Positions 1-11,751 of a stretch of DNA of 64,000 bases are shown in pieces. Source of the stretch: Octopus bimaculoides. Lineage: Eukaryota. Numbering within the stretch: position 1 is the stretch's first letter; every line of letters begins with the position of its first letter. Under the pieces are notes generated by a model. It worked only from the letters and a program-made list of their open reading frames with translations. It was not told the DNA's origin and searched no databases. The stretch lies in the NCBI RefSeq assembly GCF_001194135.2, contig NC_068989.1, positions 70,533,019 through 70,597,018 of the forward strand, read 5' to 3'. The translations under genes were made by a program, and so were the position numbers.

Positions 1-1264
1 GGCTGGATGCCTCTCCTAATGGATTTATTACTTTAGACTGTACTGGGTGCTTTCTCATAACATGAGCAATTAGTAACGTTAACATGCAACTTGCAAGCCT
101 AAGACCCCCTTCCACTCAGCAGGTGGATTTATACTAGGAGATGAGAGGTTAGAGTATAAGAGAAAGGGCCATACAACTTGGCCCTCAACTGCATTCAAGG
201 ATGACTTTGTATTATGTATCGGACTTTCATTAATTTAGTTGACCATGCAGTTGTGAACAGATGCAGACACCCCTTTGTCTGCCCATCCTTGACCTAGTTG
301 AATATCTAGAATGTTACAACTGGAGAGAGAAAGCTGCAATGATATTGTGGATGGTAGTTTATTTATTGACCCCAGAAGGATGAAGCAAAGTTGGCCTTGC
401 TGAAATTTGAACTCAGACCATATAGAAAGCCAGAACAAATACTGCAAAGCATTCTATCCAATGCTCTAATAACTCTGCCTTACATACATATTTTTCTCTG
501 TCTTTATTTTCACAGAATATTCGTAAAAAGAACCCAGTATGCTCTGTAAAGTGGTTGGCATTAAAGAGGGCATCCAGCAGTAGAAACCATACCAAAACAG
601 ACCATTGGAGCCCAGTGCAGCTCTCCAGCTTGCCAGTTCCTCTCAAACTGTCCAATCCAAGCCAGCATGGAAAACAGGTGTTAAATGATGATGATTATGA
701 TGATTCTCATTGCAGCTCATAAAAATAGTTTTGTCTTTATTGCAGAAACATCAGTAGGCTCTATAACAAAGGGTGTATAATATAATATAATATAATATGG
801 TATAATATAAACTATTTGCATTGGTAAAAGAGATTATATATGTATTAAGGGCAAGGTTTAAAAAAAAATGGTTTTAACTGTTACCCCCATCGTCTTTGTG
901 CTGATTTTTGTTACAACTAGAATTTTATGGCTGAGAATATTGAATGCAGAATATCAACATTTTTCAAGTCAACCAAACATACAATTTGATTGGAATGTTT
1001 TACAAATGAAATTAAATATACGAAAAAAAAAATTTAAAAAAAAAAAAAAGGAAAGAAAATTTTAAATCACAAGATCCATTTGCGGAAATAGCAGATAATG
1101 GATTGATTTCTGAAATGTTAATACAATCAAAAGCAGATTTGATATAAAAATAAATCAGTGTAGTTGTAGTAGTACATGCATATCTACTGAAAGTAAAGTT
1201 TCCTTTGCAAGTGATAGACATATCAACGTGAAAAGAAGAAATGGTAAAAACCTCCATGCAATTA

Positions 1265-1306
1265 CTATGAGTATCGTGCTTTTGATGAAGATCCACATGA
1301 GATACT
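1265..1306 (-). CDS. MTSS1: Candidate last coding exon SISCGSSSKARYS* (phase 0)
   Basis: Strong pyrimidine tract tttttttttcttttttctgctaAG and phase 0 matching the 6542 donor. TAG at 1267-1265 overlaps a possible GTAATT donor. No homology support. Confidence 0.35.
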   Translation of the reverse strand, partial: SISCGSSSKARYS

Positions 1307-1644
1307 CTTAGCAGAAAAAAGAAAAAAAATAAATTGCTGAAATAAATTTAGAAAATGATTGATGGAACAAAAGAAATGATTGCTAGAGGAAGAAAAAAAA
1401 TTCTTTGTCTGGTTTGCAGTGATATATATGGATATGTTAAATGGTAGAGTGTTGTTTATTATGGTGGTGCTGAGGTTAATCTTTTAATGAGTTATGAAGT
1501 CTTGATGAGGCCAAAACTTGGCACCAAATTGCACGATGCAGGTATTAAGTTAATGATAAAAAAAAAATTGTCATAAGGCGCACTATATGTATATGTGCGT
1601 ATGTGTGTATAGCATATTTGATGAACAATGATATTATTATTGAT

Positions 1645-1859
1645 AGTTCAGCTTTCTCTGTCATGGTCAATGAGACGATCTCACACTACACACCTTCCTT
1701 CTAAGCTCTGCTGTAAACAGCAGAAGTGAGCTAGAATGTTAAAACTTAGTGCACATGCACAGTAGAGTTCAAGATCAACCTGTGCCAGGCAGCTTCACTC
1801 TGTGTGCTTGAGCTTCATTACTATGGCAACAGTCCGGATACTTATTGATCGAACCACAT
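1645..1859 (-). mobile_element. 5' end of a mariner element truncated just after the transposase start
   Basis: TA followed by TGTGGTTCGATCAATAAGTATCCGGACT (mariner-type TIR), leader, then ATG at 1664-1662 giving MTEKAEL, similar to mariner N-termini (recalled). Confidence 0.55.
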
Positions 1860-2681
1860 ATATGTCTAAATGTCCTGTCACTTGGAGATAAGTTGCGAAA
1901 AATCACTGTGCTGATGACACTATTTGAGGCAGAAACAGGTCCCAAGTTGTCCTCTTGTTGTCAGACAATCGCATTGTCTTTTTTTTAATGGTATGTCAAT
2001 TTTTGCTTCTTGAAATTATACCCCTTCCTTACTTCTCAATTAGGGATTGGTCCCACTGGCCTCTAAGTTATTTTTCTAACTTCTCTGAAAGTGGAGATAA
2101 TTTCAATAAATCAAGAAGTTATGTTATATGGTATTTAATATATGTTTGTAGTTCAACTACATGCCATGGACCATTCAGAGTTAGTTATCCTTGGCTCATT
2201 TTTGAAGGAGCAGACCTTGAGAATAGAGACAGCATGTCATTGACGAGGTTGTGAATGATCATAAAAGAACTTTGGTAAATCAAGCTGAGTGAATGATTGA
2301 CAGAACAATTAATCAAACAATCTAGTTAATTGGTTAACCAACTGATTCTCCAGGAGTGCAATAAAGTATGTATATGCATTTATATATATGACGGACTCTC
2401 CCATCGAAGATGACATGTGAGTGTTCAGCTTTCGCTGAATGATCTGCACAAATGATTTGTTTACAGTGATCAAATGTATGTGCTGGACATTAACTCGCTC
2501 TTTCCATCAAACTGATGTCTGAACAGGTGCACGGTGTACCACATGTTAGGTGTTGAAGTGATCACAAAGCAACATGAGATGAAGCGTTTTACTCAAGAAC
2601 ACAATGCACCACTTGGTCTAGGAACTGAAACCACGATTTCGTGATCATGAATGCAACACCCTAACCACTAGGCCATGTGTC

Positions 2682-2722
<41 letters not shown>

Positions 2723-2724
2723 TT

Positions 2725-3070
2725 TTTTACTTGTTTCAGTCATTTGACTGCGGCCATGCTGGAGCACCCCAGGACTTATTCTTTGTAAGCCTAGTACTTA
2801 TTCTATTGGTCTCTTTTGCTGAACCGCTAAGTTACGGAGACGTAAACACATCAGCATCGAGTGTCAAGCGATGGTGGGGAGACAAACACAGACACAGAAA
2901 CACATACATACATACGACGGGCTTCTTTCAGTTTCCGTCTACCAAATCTACTCACAAGGCTTTGGTCGGCCCGAGGCTATAGTAGAAGACACTTGCCCAA
3001 GGTGCCAAGCAGTGGGACTGAACCCGGAACCATGTGGTTAGTAAGCAAGCTACTTACCACACAACCACTC
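2725..3070 (-). mobile_element. tRNA-derived SINE family B (~350-400 bp with internal microsatellite)
   Basis: Minus-strand head GGTTGTGTGGTAAGTAGC...GGGTTCAGTCCCACTG, then GGCACCTTGGGCAAGTGTCTT and a 3' end GCTCCAGCATGGCCGCAGTCAAATGACTGAAACAAGTAAAA. Other copies at about 3705-4045, 5215-5355, 5525-5840, 8470-8790, 41195-41355, 42530-42675, 43255-43620 and 49085-49430 (all minus) and 36130-36265 (plus). Confidence 0.85.
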
Positions 3071-3268
3071 CTACACCATATATATATATATATAATACTT
3101 ATATTACATAGCTAGTAGAGTGTCAGTAAGTGTACACAAATATACACTCTTAACAATCTACTGGAGTTTTATATCTATTTCTTAACCAAGATCTGTCAAA
3201 GTCTGTTATTCAAATCCAATGAATTCTAATAAGAAGTTTATCATAAAATCATTTTAGCCATTGGATAT

Positions 3269-3378
3269 AAATCCATTCACAGAAGGATTATTGAATATAA
3301 ATCCAATCACAGAAGTATTAGAACTAAATTCAATCACAGAAATATTATTAAAACTAAATCCATTTGCTGAAGAATTAT
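3269..3378. repeat. 27-30-bp degenerate minisatellite, about four units
   Basis: aaatccaatcacagaag(g)attatt(g)aa(c)t repeated at 3269, 3299, 3326 and 3356. Confidence 0.75.
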
Positions 3379-5175
3379 CCCCATATATTCTATCAATATA
3401 CGATATAATGTCTTGTAAAAACTAAATAGAGCAAGCATCATTTGGTACTCATTATCAGATGAGTGGACTGGAACAATGTGAAATGAAGTGTTTTACTGAA
3501 GAACACAATGTGTTGCCTGGTCTGGGAATTGAAATCATGGTCTTGTAATAGCAAAATCAATACCCTGACCACTAGGCAGGTAGCTTCACTAAACACAACA
3601 CTACAACTCTTGTGTCAGCAACGCCATTTTAAGCCTATTCTGCAAATCTTTCGAGAAATAATACCTGCTTTTGTCTAATCAACATCCAAATATTTTACTG
3701 TTTACTTGTTTCAGGCATTGCACTGTGGCCATGCTGGAGCACTACCTTGATGGATTTAGTCAATTAAATTTGCCCCCGTACTTCTTTTAAAGTTCGGTAC
3801 TTATTTTAATGGTCTGTTTTGCTGAACTGCTAAGTTACATGAACATTAACATACCAACAGGAGTTGTTAAGCATTGGAGGAAAAACACCCAGACGTATAC
3901 ACACACAACGAGATTCCATACAGTTTCCATCTACCAAATTTACTCGAAAGGTATTGGTCAGCCTGAGTCTATAGGAGAAGACATTTGCTTGAGGTGTCAT
4001 GCAATGGGATTGAACTTGAAACCATGTGGTTGCAAAGCAAGCCTCTTAAACTTTTTTTTTTTACCACATAATTATAAAACACTCCAAATCGTGATATATT
4101 TATTCAGGTTTTGCTATATATGTTGTACCTAATATGGCTATTAGTTCTTTTTATAATCATAAACTTTTTCTATAAAATGTTTCCATAATTTTTTTTTTTT
4201 TTAATTAATTTGAAAACATTCCAACCTTGAATTTTAATTTGATGTTTTTTTTTTTGTTTTGTTGTTGACTGCAAGTTGGAGTATGATTGATAATGTGTTT
4301 ATAAATTATATCTGTGTATAGCAATCATGGAGTTGTTTACTATATAAATACTGCTGATGAAGGCTATATATATATACATACATANNNNNNNNNNNNNNNN
4401 NNNNNNNNNNNNNNNNNNNNNNNNNNNNNNNNNNNNNNNNNNNNNNNNNNNNNNNNNNNNNNNNNNNNNNNNNNNNNNNNNNNNNNNNNNNNNNNNNNNN
4501 NNNNNNNNNNNNNNNNNNNNNNNNNNNNNNNNNNNNNNNNNNNNNNNNNNNNNNNNNNNNNNNNNNNNNNNNNNNNNNNNNNNNNNNNNNNNNNNNNNNN
4601 NNNNNNNNNNNNNNNNNNNNNNNNNNNNNNNNNNNNNNNNNNNNNNNNNNNNNNNNNNNNNNNNNNNNNNNNNNNNNNNNNNNNNNNNNNNNNNNNNNNN
4701 NNNNNNNNNNNNNNNNNNNNNNNNNNNNNNNNNNNNNNNNNNNNNNNNNNNNNNNNNNNNNNNNNNNNNNNNNNNNNNNNNNNNNNNNNNNNNNNNNNNN
4801 NNNNNNNNNNNNNNNNNNNNNNNNNNNNNNNNNNNNNNNNNNNNNNNNNNNNNNNNNNNNNNNNTTTCATATGGCCAGACAGCTTTTCATGGAAGGCTAG
4901 AAACAAACTACATTACATGTATGATAGTGTTGCCATTTACAGCCATCACATGTCAGGACAAGAGTACCCCTAAACACGCAATTATATATATCATACAGAC
5001 AAAAAAATAATATTTTGAACACTGACAACTTTTTCCATCACATAAGGGTAAAACACCCAATTTTTCTGTTGCTTTCATGGTTATACTATGTTTGAAATAT
5101 TACTTTCTTGTCTGTATGATACGATACACATTCAATGTTTCCAAAAACAAAAATAAGTCTGTTTACATATGTTGT

Positions 5176-5209
<34 letters not shown>

Positions 5210-6541
5210 TTATTGATGGACTTCTCTCAGTTTCCACGCACAAGGATTTGGTCAACCTGGAGCTATAGTAGAAGACACTTGCACAAGGTACAGTGCAGTG
5301 GGACCAAACCTGAGACCACATAATTGGGAAACAAGCTTCTTAGCCACACAGCCAAAACCATTTGAATATATCCAAATGGATATCCTCAAATGTGAAGCTA
5401 TCTAGTATTTTGTTACTGAACTGATAAAACGAAAAGGTTATTCCATGAACAACAGTTGTTTGTGAATCCACAAAAACGAAGGGGATATTTCCTAATGACA
5501 TTTGTTCAAGATAATCTTTTATCCTTTTACTTGTTTGTCATTTGACTGTAGCCATGCTGGAGCACTGCCTTAAAGGATTTTAGTCAAAAAAATTGACTTC
5601 AGGACTTATTCTTTTTAAGCCTAATACTTATTTTATCGGTCCCTTTTGCCAAACCACTAAGTTACAGGGACATAAACACATCAGCATCGGTTGTCAAGCA
5701 ATGGTGGTGGGGACAAGCACACACACACACACACATAAATATAAACATATTTATATATATATATATGATGGGCTTCTTTCAGCTTCTGTCTACCAAATCC
5801 ACTCACAGGGCTTTGGTCAGCCCGAGGCTATAGTAGAAAATACATTTCTGTACATCCGCCTTAATTACGTAGGCCTATGTAATTGCACTGACCAGATACT
5901 ATAATTTTGTTTTCCTTTTTAAATAGTACCATTTAACACTTTCACATTTAAAACTGGCCATATCTGGTCAAAATATTCTACTGGTTTTATATTTAAACCA
6001 GCCATATGTAACCTTTGACATTTAACCCACAATGTCATTCTAAAAACTAAACAACTGCATTACTGAAATCTTGAAGCTATGAGATAATACATCATTAATT
6101 TAAGACATTGTGAATGAGTAAACTTTACATATGATCGAATAATCTGAACACAAAAGGGTTAGGTATCATGAAAATATGCCTAACATAAGTTAATGCTGTT
6201 GGATCAAACACCTGCTATACTTAAAATCTGCAGTTAGAGAATGAACAAGATTACACACTATTTAAGGAACATTTCCTCAAGAAAGAGTGGCTTCAATTTT
6301 TTTGTCAATAGCAAAGACATTAGCATGCAAGAAGGAAAAAAAAAAAAGGCAAGATATTTGTGGTGACCCTGGTGAAATGCGCTCAAAGCAGACGTTGGTG
6401 CAGCTGCTGCAATGTGTTGTTAGCCCAGCAATATATATAAGTAATAGTAGTAGTAACATGACTAAATGATTAAACAACACTGAAGAGGAAAAGAAGGAGG
6501 AGGAGGAGGAGATTGTTAAGTATGGAGGTGATCAGTCTTGC

Positions 6542-6670
6542 CTGGTTAGAACCCTTTTGACTTGTAACCGAATCTGAGTCGGTGTCATCATCGTAGTCGC
6601 TGTGTAGAGCAGCAGTACAGTTTTCTAAGTCCCTGATTGCCTCCTGAATGTCGAGCAAATCCAACAAAGA
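6542..6670 (-). CDS. MTSS1: MTSS1/MIM exon SLLDLLDIQEAIRDLENCTAALHSDYDDDTDSDSVTSQKGSNQ (129 nt, phase 0-0) with probable GC donor
   Basis: Acceptor ctctcccacatgcAG, CpG-rich coding-like frame, phase matches the upstream exon. Best donor match is CAG|GCAAGA. Confidence 0.7.
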
Positions 6671-7427
6671 CTGCATGTGGGAGAGATATATATCAGCAGA
6701 GAAGATGAAAAATGGATGCACAGAACAAAAAAAAAAAAAGTGTAAGAAAAAAAATTGTAAGAGAGAGAGAGTGATCGAGAGGAAGAAAGAAAGGTGATAG
6801 ATTTGTTAACATAAGCAAACTCAGAAGATTTATGATGCTGGCAAAAGATTTGAACATAGTAAGAAGTTCTTTGATTTTTTTTGTTTAGTTTGTTTTAATT
6901 TTTTAAATTTTTAATGGTTAAAGAAAAGACTAGTAGAAAGAATACTTATTACTTTATATCCGATTTAACAAAATAATTGTTAAATGCTTAAAAAACAAAA
7001 AAATGGGGAAAAGTGAAAAAAAAGGGATAACTTTTAGCACATGGAAAGCAGAATAGCTATACAGAATATGTACCATAGTTTTGAATAATATGAAAATTTT
7101 TTGGAAATATATCCCTGCAAACTTGATGGAAGCTAATTCTATTCTAACATCAGTACACACTCAGGCATACACATATATTCTCTCAGTTCAAGATGTCTGC
7201 TGTAGTTTGCTTGAAGCATTGTGATAGAGAAATAAAACACCAAAAATAGTAACGATGGAGTGCATGTCACAATGTGGCAAAGGAATAAATTAAGAACACT
7301 GGTTATTCAATTTGTACCTTTACTGCATTCTAAGGACCTATTTGTCTTTACTATTTTTACTATTCTCTCAGTATGCTTTTAGCATTTCTTTTCTTACAGA
7401 AGATAAAGTTGAGATATTGGTAATAAT

Positions 7428-7612
7428 TCTGACACAAGGCCAGCAAATTTGAGGGGAGGGTACAAGTTGATTACATCAATTAGTACTTGTTTTATCGACT
7501 CCAAAAGGATGGCAGGTACAGTTAACTTTGGTAGCGTATGCGCTCAGAACAAGTGGCAAAAAAATGCTGTTAGGCACTTTGTGCAGTGTTGTAATAATTC
7601 TGCTAGCTCACC
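7428..7612 (-). mobile_element. Single family A SINE (others at about 358-480 and 51963-52122)
   Basis: Same core and head motifs. Confidence 0.75.
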
Positions 7613-10065
7613 AATAATAATAATAATAATAATAATGATAATAATCTGCATTTACTGTATTTTTTTTGTTATTACTTTTCAAATATATCCTCAAATCATT
7701 TAAAATTGAGTTCTCATTATTCTAATGACTCAACTTATTAATCCACTTTATCAAATTGATAATAAACCTGATCCTAATTTATCGGAACCAATTGCTAAAA
7801 GCCAAGATACCAAAATACTGTAAATTAATTTACTTAGCAATTTGCTTTTTTTTTTGTCTCCAATAACCATGATTTGATTCCATGATTTAAGATTGAGATC
7901 AAGAAAAGAAGACAAAAAAAACCCAAAAAACAACAAAGAACAAAACAATTGTTTCAAAACATTAGTGAACTACATCCAATGACTGAGATTTCAAAATAAA
8001 ATGATATTGATTGACAGAAAATTTTTCTGAAAATATAAAATTCAGAATGCCTTTTGGCAAAAGAAAACAGGAGAAATGAAGGTAAAAGCAACTACTATAG
8101 TTTTTACTGCTGCTGGAAAATAGCTGAAGTTAAATCAAGCAGAGAAACGTTGAGTAAATTCTTTTATTCACACACACACTATGCGCTATATGAATTACTA
8201 AGCTGTATCTTTATGATGTTAACTGAATGGTATGTAGATAGAAATAATAAGAGTTAATATTCCTAATCTAAACTTCGGTGGCAGTAGTAGTGGTGGTGGT
8301 GGTGGTGGATCTCTGTTTGACAACGAGTACACAGTTGTTTGATCTACTGAATTACCTGCTCCTGAATTAATGTATATGTAACTGAGTTTTCTACAGACAC
8401 ATACCTCCTTAAATGCAATTCTCAGGTGGAATCAGCATAAGTGTGTGACGACGTTGTACCTTTCCAATTACAAGTACAATCCACCTGACAGGCTTCTGTA
8501 CAGTCTCCGTCTTCCCTATTTCCCTCACAAGGTATGGGTCGATGCAAGGCTATAGAAAAATCACAATGTCCAAAATATCACGCAGTGGAATTGAATCTAC
8601 AATGACAAGGTTGTACCTTTCTCATTACAGGTACAATCCACCTGACAGGCTTCTGTACAGTTTCTGTCTTTCCTATTTCCCTCACAAAATAAGCGTCAAT
8701 GCAAGGTTATACAAAATTATATATGTTCAAGATATCACACAGTGGGATTAGACGTGCAACCTTATTCTTCTTAACCACTCAGCCTACTGCATCCACAGTC
8801 TCAACTGTAGAGGACAAAAAGACTGAAGATTTCGAAAATATTTACTACTACACATCTAAAGATTTAGAAAAATTAAGGAAAGAAAATAAATCTCAATAAT
8901 AAAAATGCATCTCTTGATACTTTTTCAACTGGCCGAATCAAGTGCCATTAGAATAACGAACCCTTTCTTGCTTACTTCAGCTCTGGCTTTTGATATTAAC
9001 CTGCTTGAGATTGCACTTGGTTCTTTATCAAACTCCTGTTTTAAAGTGATCTAAATTAAAACCTTCCTTTAAAATTCTATGTTGATTTATGTTCCAATAT
9101 CAGCTTAATAACGACAAAATTATTTTACTAAATTCTTCATTATTTTTTAAATTAATTGAAACAAAGGCAGTGTATTTCAATGCTGTGATCAATTTAACGC
9201 TTTTGGTAACAAGTTTAAATTAATCACATTGACTCAAATATCTTGGGCAGCCATGATGGATTTGAGCCATTCTAATGTATTATGAATCTGACAGTTTATG
9301 GAACAGTTTAGCCAAAGATAAGTATTAAAAAAAAAACAAAAAAAAAAAACCTTGCAGAAACTTATTTTTATGATAGAAGCTTTGTGATAAATTCATTCTT
9401 CATTTATTTCTTTTCTTAATGACTGCATTTTTTTTTCTTTTTCTCCAATCCCCTTCTAATTTTCTCTAATTTTCAAAGAGTCAAAGAATTTAGTCACATT
9501 TCATTCCAGAAAACAATGTAAGAAAAGAAGTCAGTTTAAAATTAAACGAAAAACTGCATGCCAGAACAAAAATATGAAAATCCAGCATAAAAGAGAATTA
9601 AAAATTAAACATTTTCAAAAATAACAAAAACGAGAAAGGAAGATTAAAAAAAAAATAAATTATTAAGCATGCCAGAAAAGTGAGCAAAGAAGTGTATTTG
9701 CATTGATTGGTTAGAAGCTTGACAAACTGAGACAAAACAAGGGAGAGAACTGGCAGAAGGCAGTAGCAAGAGACTTAATGATAAAAAAATCAATGAAAAT
9801 CAGTGGGAAAAAAAACAACAAAAAAACTGATATGTAATGATGTTTGTACAAAGCTATGAAAGCTCAGATGGTTTGTATATAAAGAAAAAAAAAAAAAAGG
9901 AAATGATATTGGTGCCTTCCCAGAGGGAATTTTACCAATGTAGAAAATAAAATGGCTTCAGCCAGGAGAGACTAAAGCAGAATCAAAGATTTTTGGATCA
10001 CCAGGGGCTTGCCTAAAACTCAAAGGAATTCACTGTAATAATATTAGTAGAAGTCTTAACAATAA

Positions 10066-10665
10066 TGGTTTCTAATTTTGGAACAAGGCCAGCAATTCTA
10101 GCAGGAGGTAGTTACTTGTTTATATTGTTCCCAGAGCCCAACTAGTAATTATCTTATCGATCCCAAAATGACAGAAGGCAAAACAGATATTTGAATCCAG
10201 AACATAAAGAGTGAGAACTGCTTAGCATTTTGTCCAATGCTCTAACAATAATCCGTTCTACTGTAGGCACAAGGCATGAAATTTGGAGGTGGGGGCAGGG
10301 TAAACCAATTACGTTAACCCCAGTGTTTCACTGGTACTTAATTTATTAAGCCGAAAGGATGAAAGGCAAAGTCGACTTCAGTGGAATTTGAACTCAGAAC
10401 ATAGCAGCAGACGAAACACCACTAAGCATTTCATCTGGTGTGCTAACCATTCTGTCTTAAATACTGACAATAATAACATTTATTTGTAATTTAGTTAAAG
10501 GGTCAGAAGTTTTAAAGAGAGGCGATACATCAATACCAGCCATACTAGTCCTTTATTTTATTCCCTTTGGAGTGATGAAAAGCAAAATTCTCCTCAGTGG
10601 AATTTGAACTCAGAATGAACAAATACATTTTTTTCTTTCTTGACACTTCAGCAATTCAGCCAATT
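10066..10665 (-). mobile_element. Cluster of three family A SINEs
   Basis: Repeated ggcacaaggc...gaaaggatgaaaggcaaagtcgac...gaatttgaactcagaac motifs. Confidence 0.8.
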
Positions 10666-11151
10666 TGGAGCCCTTAAAACAACCATCTTTATTTTAAGCA
10701 TAAGGCCATCAATTTTGAAGGGATGGTAGGTAAGTTGATATCACTGATCCTAGTACCAAACTGGTCTTTGATGATCCAACAACTCGGACAACTCACCACT
10801 ATATATGCATATGTATATTTTGTCTGTATAATTAGAGGTACAACTGTTATTGTACAAGTTAGAGCTCCACATAAGTTATCATTATCCAATCAGCTTTCAG
10901 TATGGTGGTTAGTCAACAGCTGTACTTAATAGTTATGATATACAGAGCTTATGTAGCGGAAAATTAAGATGAACACAAGTATAAATTACAAGTCCTGACA
11001 TATGTATCACCATTGCAGTTAGCTTAAACTCAGCATCGGATGATCCAAGAGCATTTGGATGTTTAACTGCAATGGATCATCAAGGGAACATTTTATTGCA
11101 TTCAGTTACTGTGATCTAATGCTGAGTTCCAAATCACTTGAGATGTTAAAG

Positions 11152-11751
11152 CAGTGGTTCTCAAACATTTTTTATCTATGAATTCTCTTTGGGTGGTATT
11201 TTACTCTGGTGAACCCTCATAACTACTCAATGTTTAAAAAATCCTATTCTAGTTTTATTATTAGATATTATTAGGAATTGGGGGAATCTCAACCATGTTT
11301 CGTGCTCTGCTACCATAACAGCTCCTTTATAGGATCTAGTTAGCTCAAGACATCATCAGGAGGAACCACGTCCGGTTTCGGCTCCTACTCTTCTACCATT
11401 TTGACGTGCCCCTCCCCCCTTCGGAGGTGTCTTCAGCTATGGTGTTGAGTGCATGTCTTCTTTCTTCTGTTCCCTGGCCTCTTTGATGTAGCGTCAACGA
11501 GTGTCAGCGGCTGACTGACTGTCTTGTCAAATTTCCCTTTAAATACCTGCTGCTAGGCTCCAGCAGGCAGCTCCAGCAAGTTGTCACATGATACTGTCTA
11601 AACTTTAACTGACAATGGAGGGCACGTAATCTTAGCCCACACAATCTCTAACAGAGACCGTCACCTGTCCAGTTTATTGCTCATAAATTTTAGCAAAGAA
11701 TCTTATATTGGACCCCTAAGGGCCATATGGAATCCTGGTTGAGAACCACTG
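11152..11751. mobile_element. hAT-type MITE interrupted by a ~390-bp GC-rich insert (about 11281-11667)
   Basis: TIRs CAGTGGTTCTCAA / TTGAGAACCACTG. Flanking 8-mers tgttaaag / gattaaag (6/8 identical) are consistent with an 8-bp TSD. Confidence 0.7.

Noticed and set aside
4314-5010. ORFs over 150 aa spanning N runs (also 14570-15274, 33842-34499, 42876-43394, 57050-57895)
   Set aside because: They are open only because gaps contain no stops. Only the 14790-14624 part of one is a real exon.
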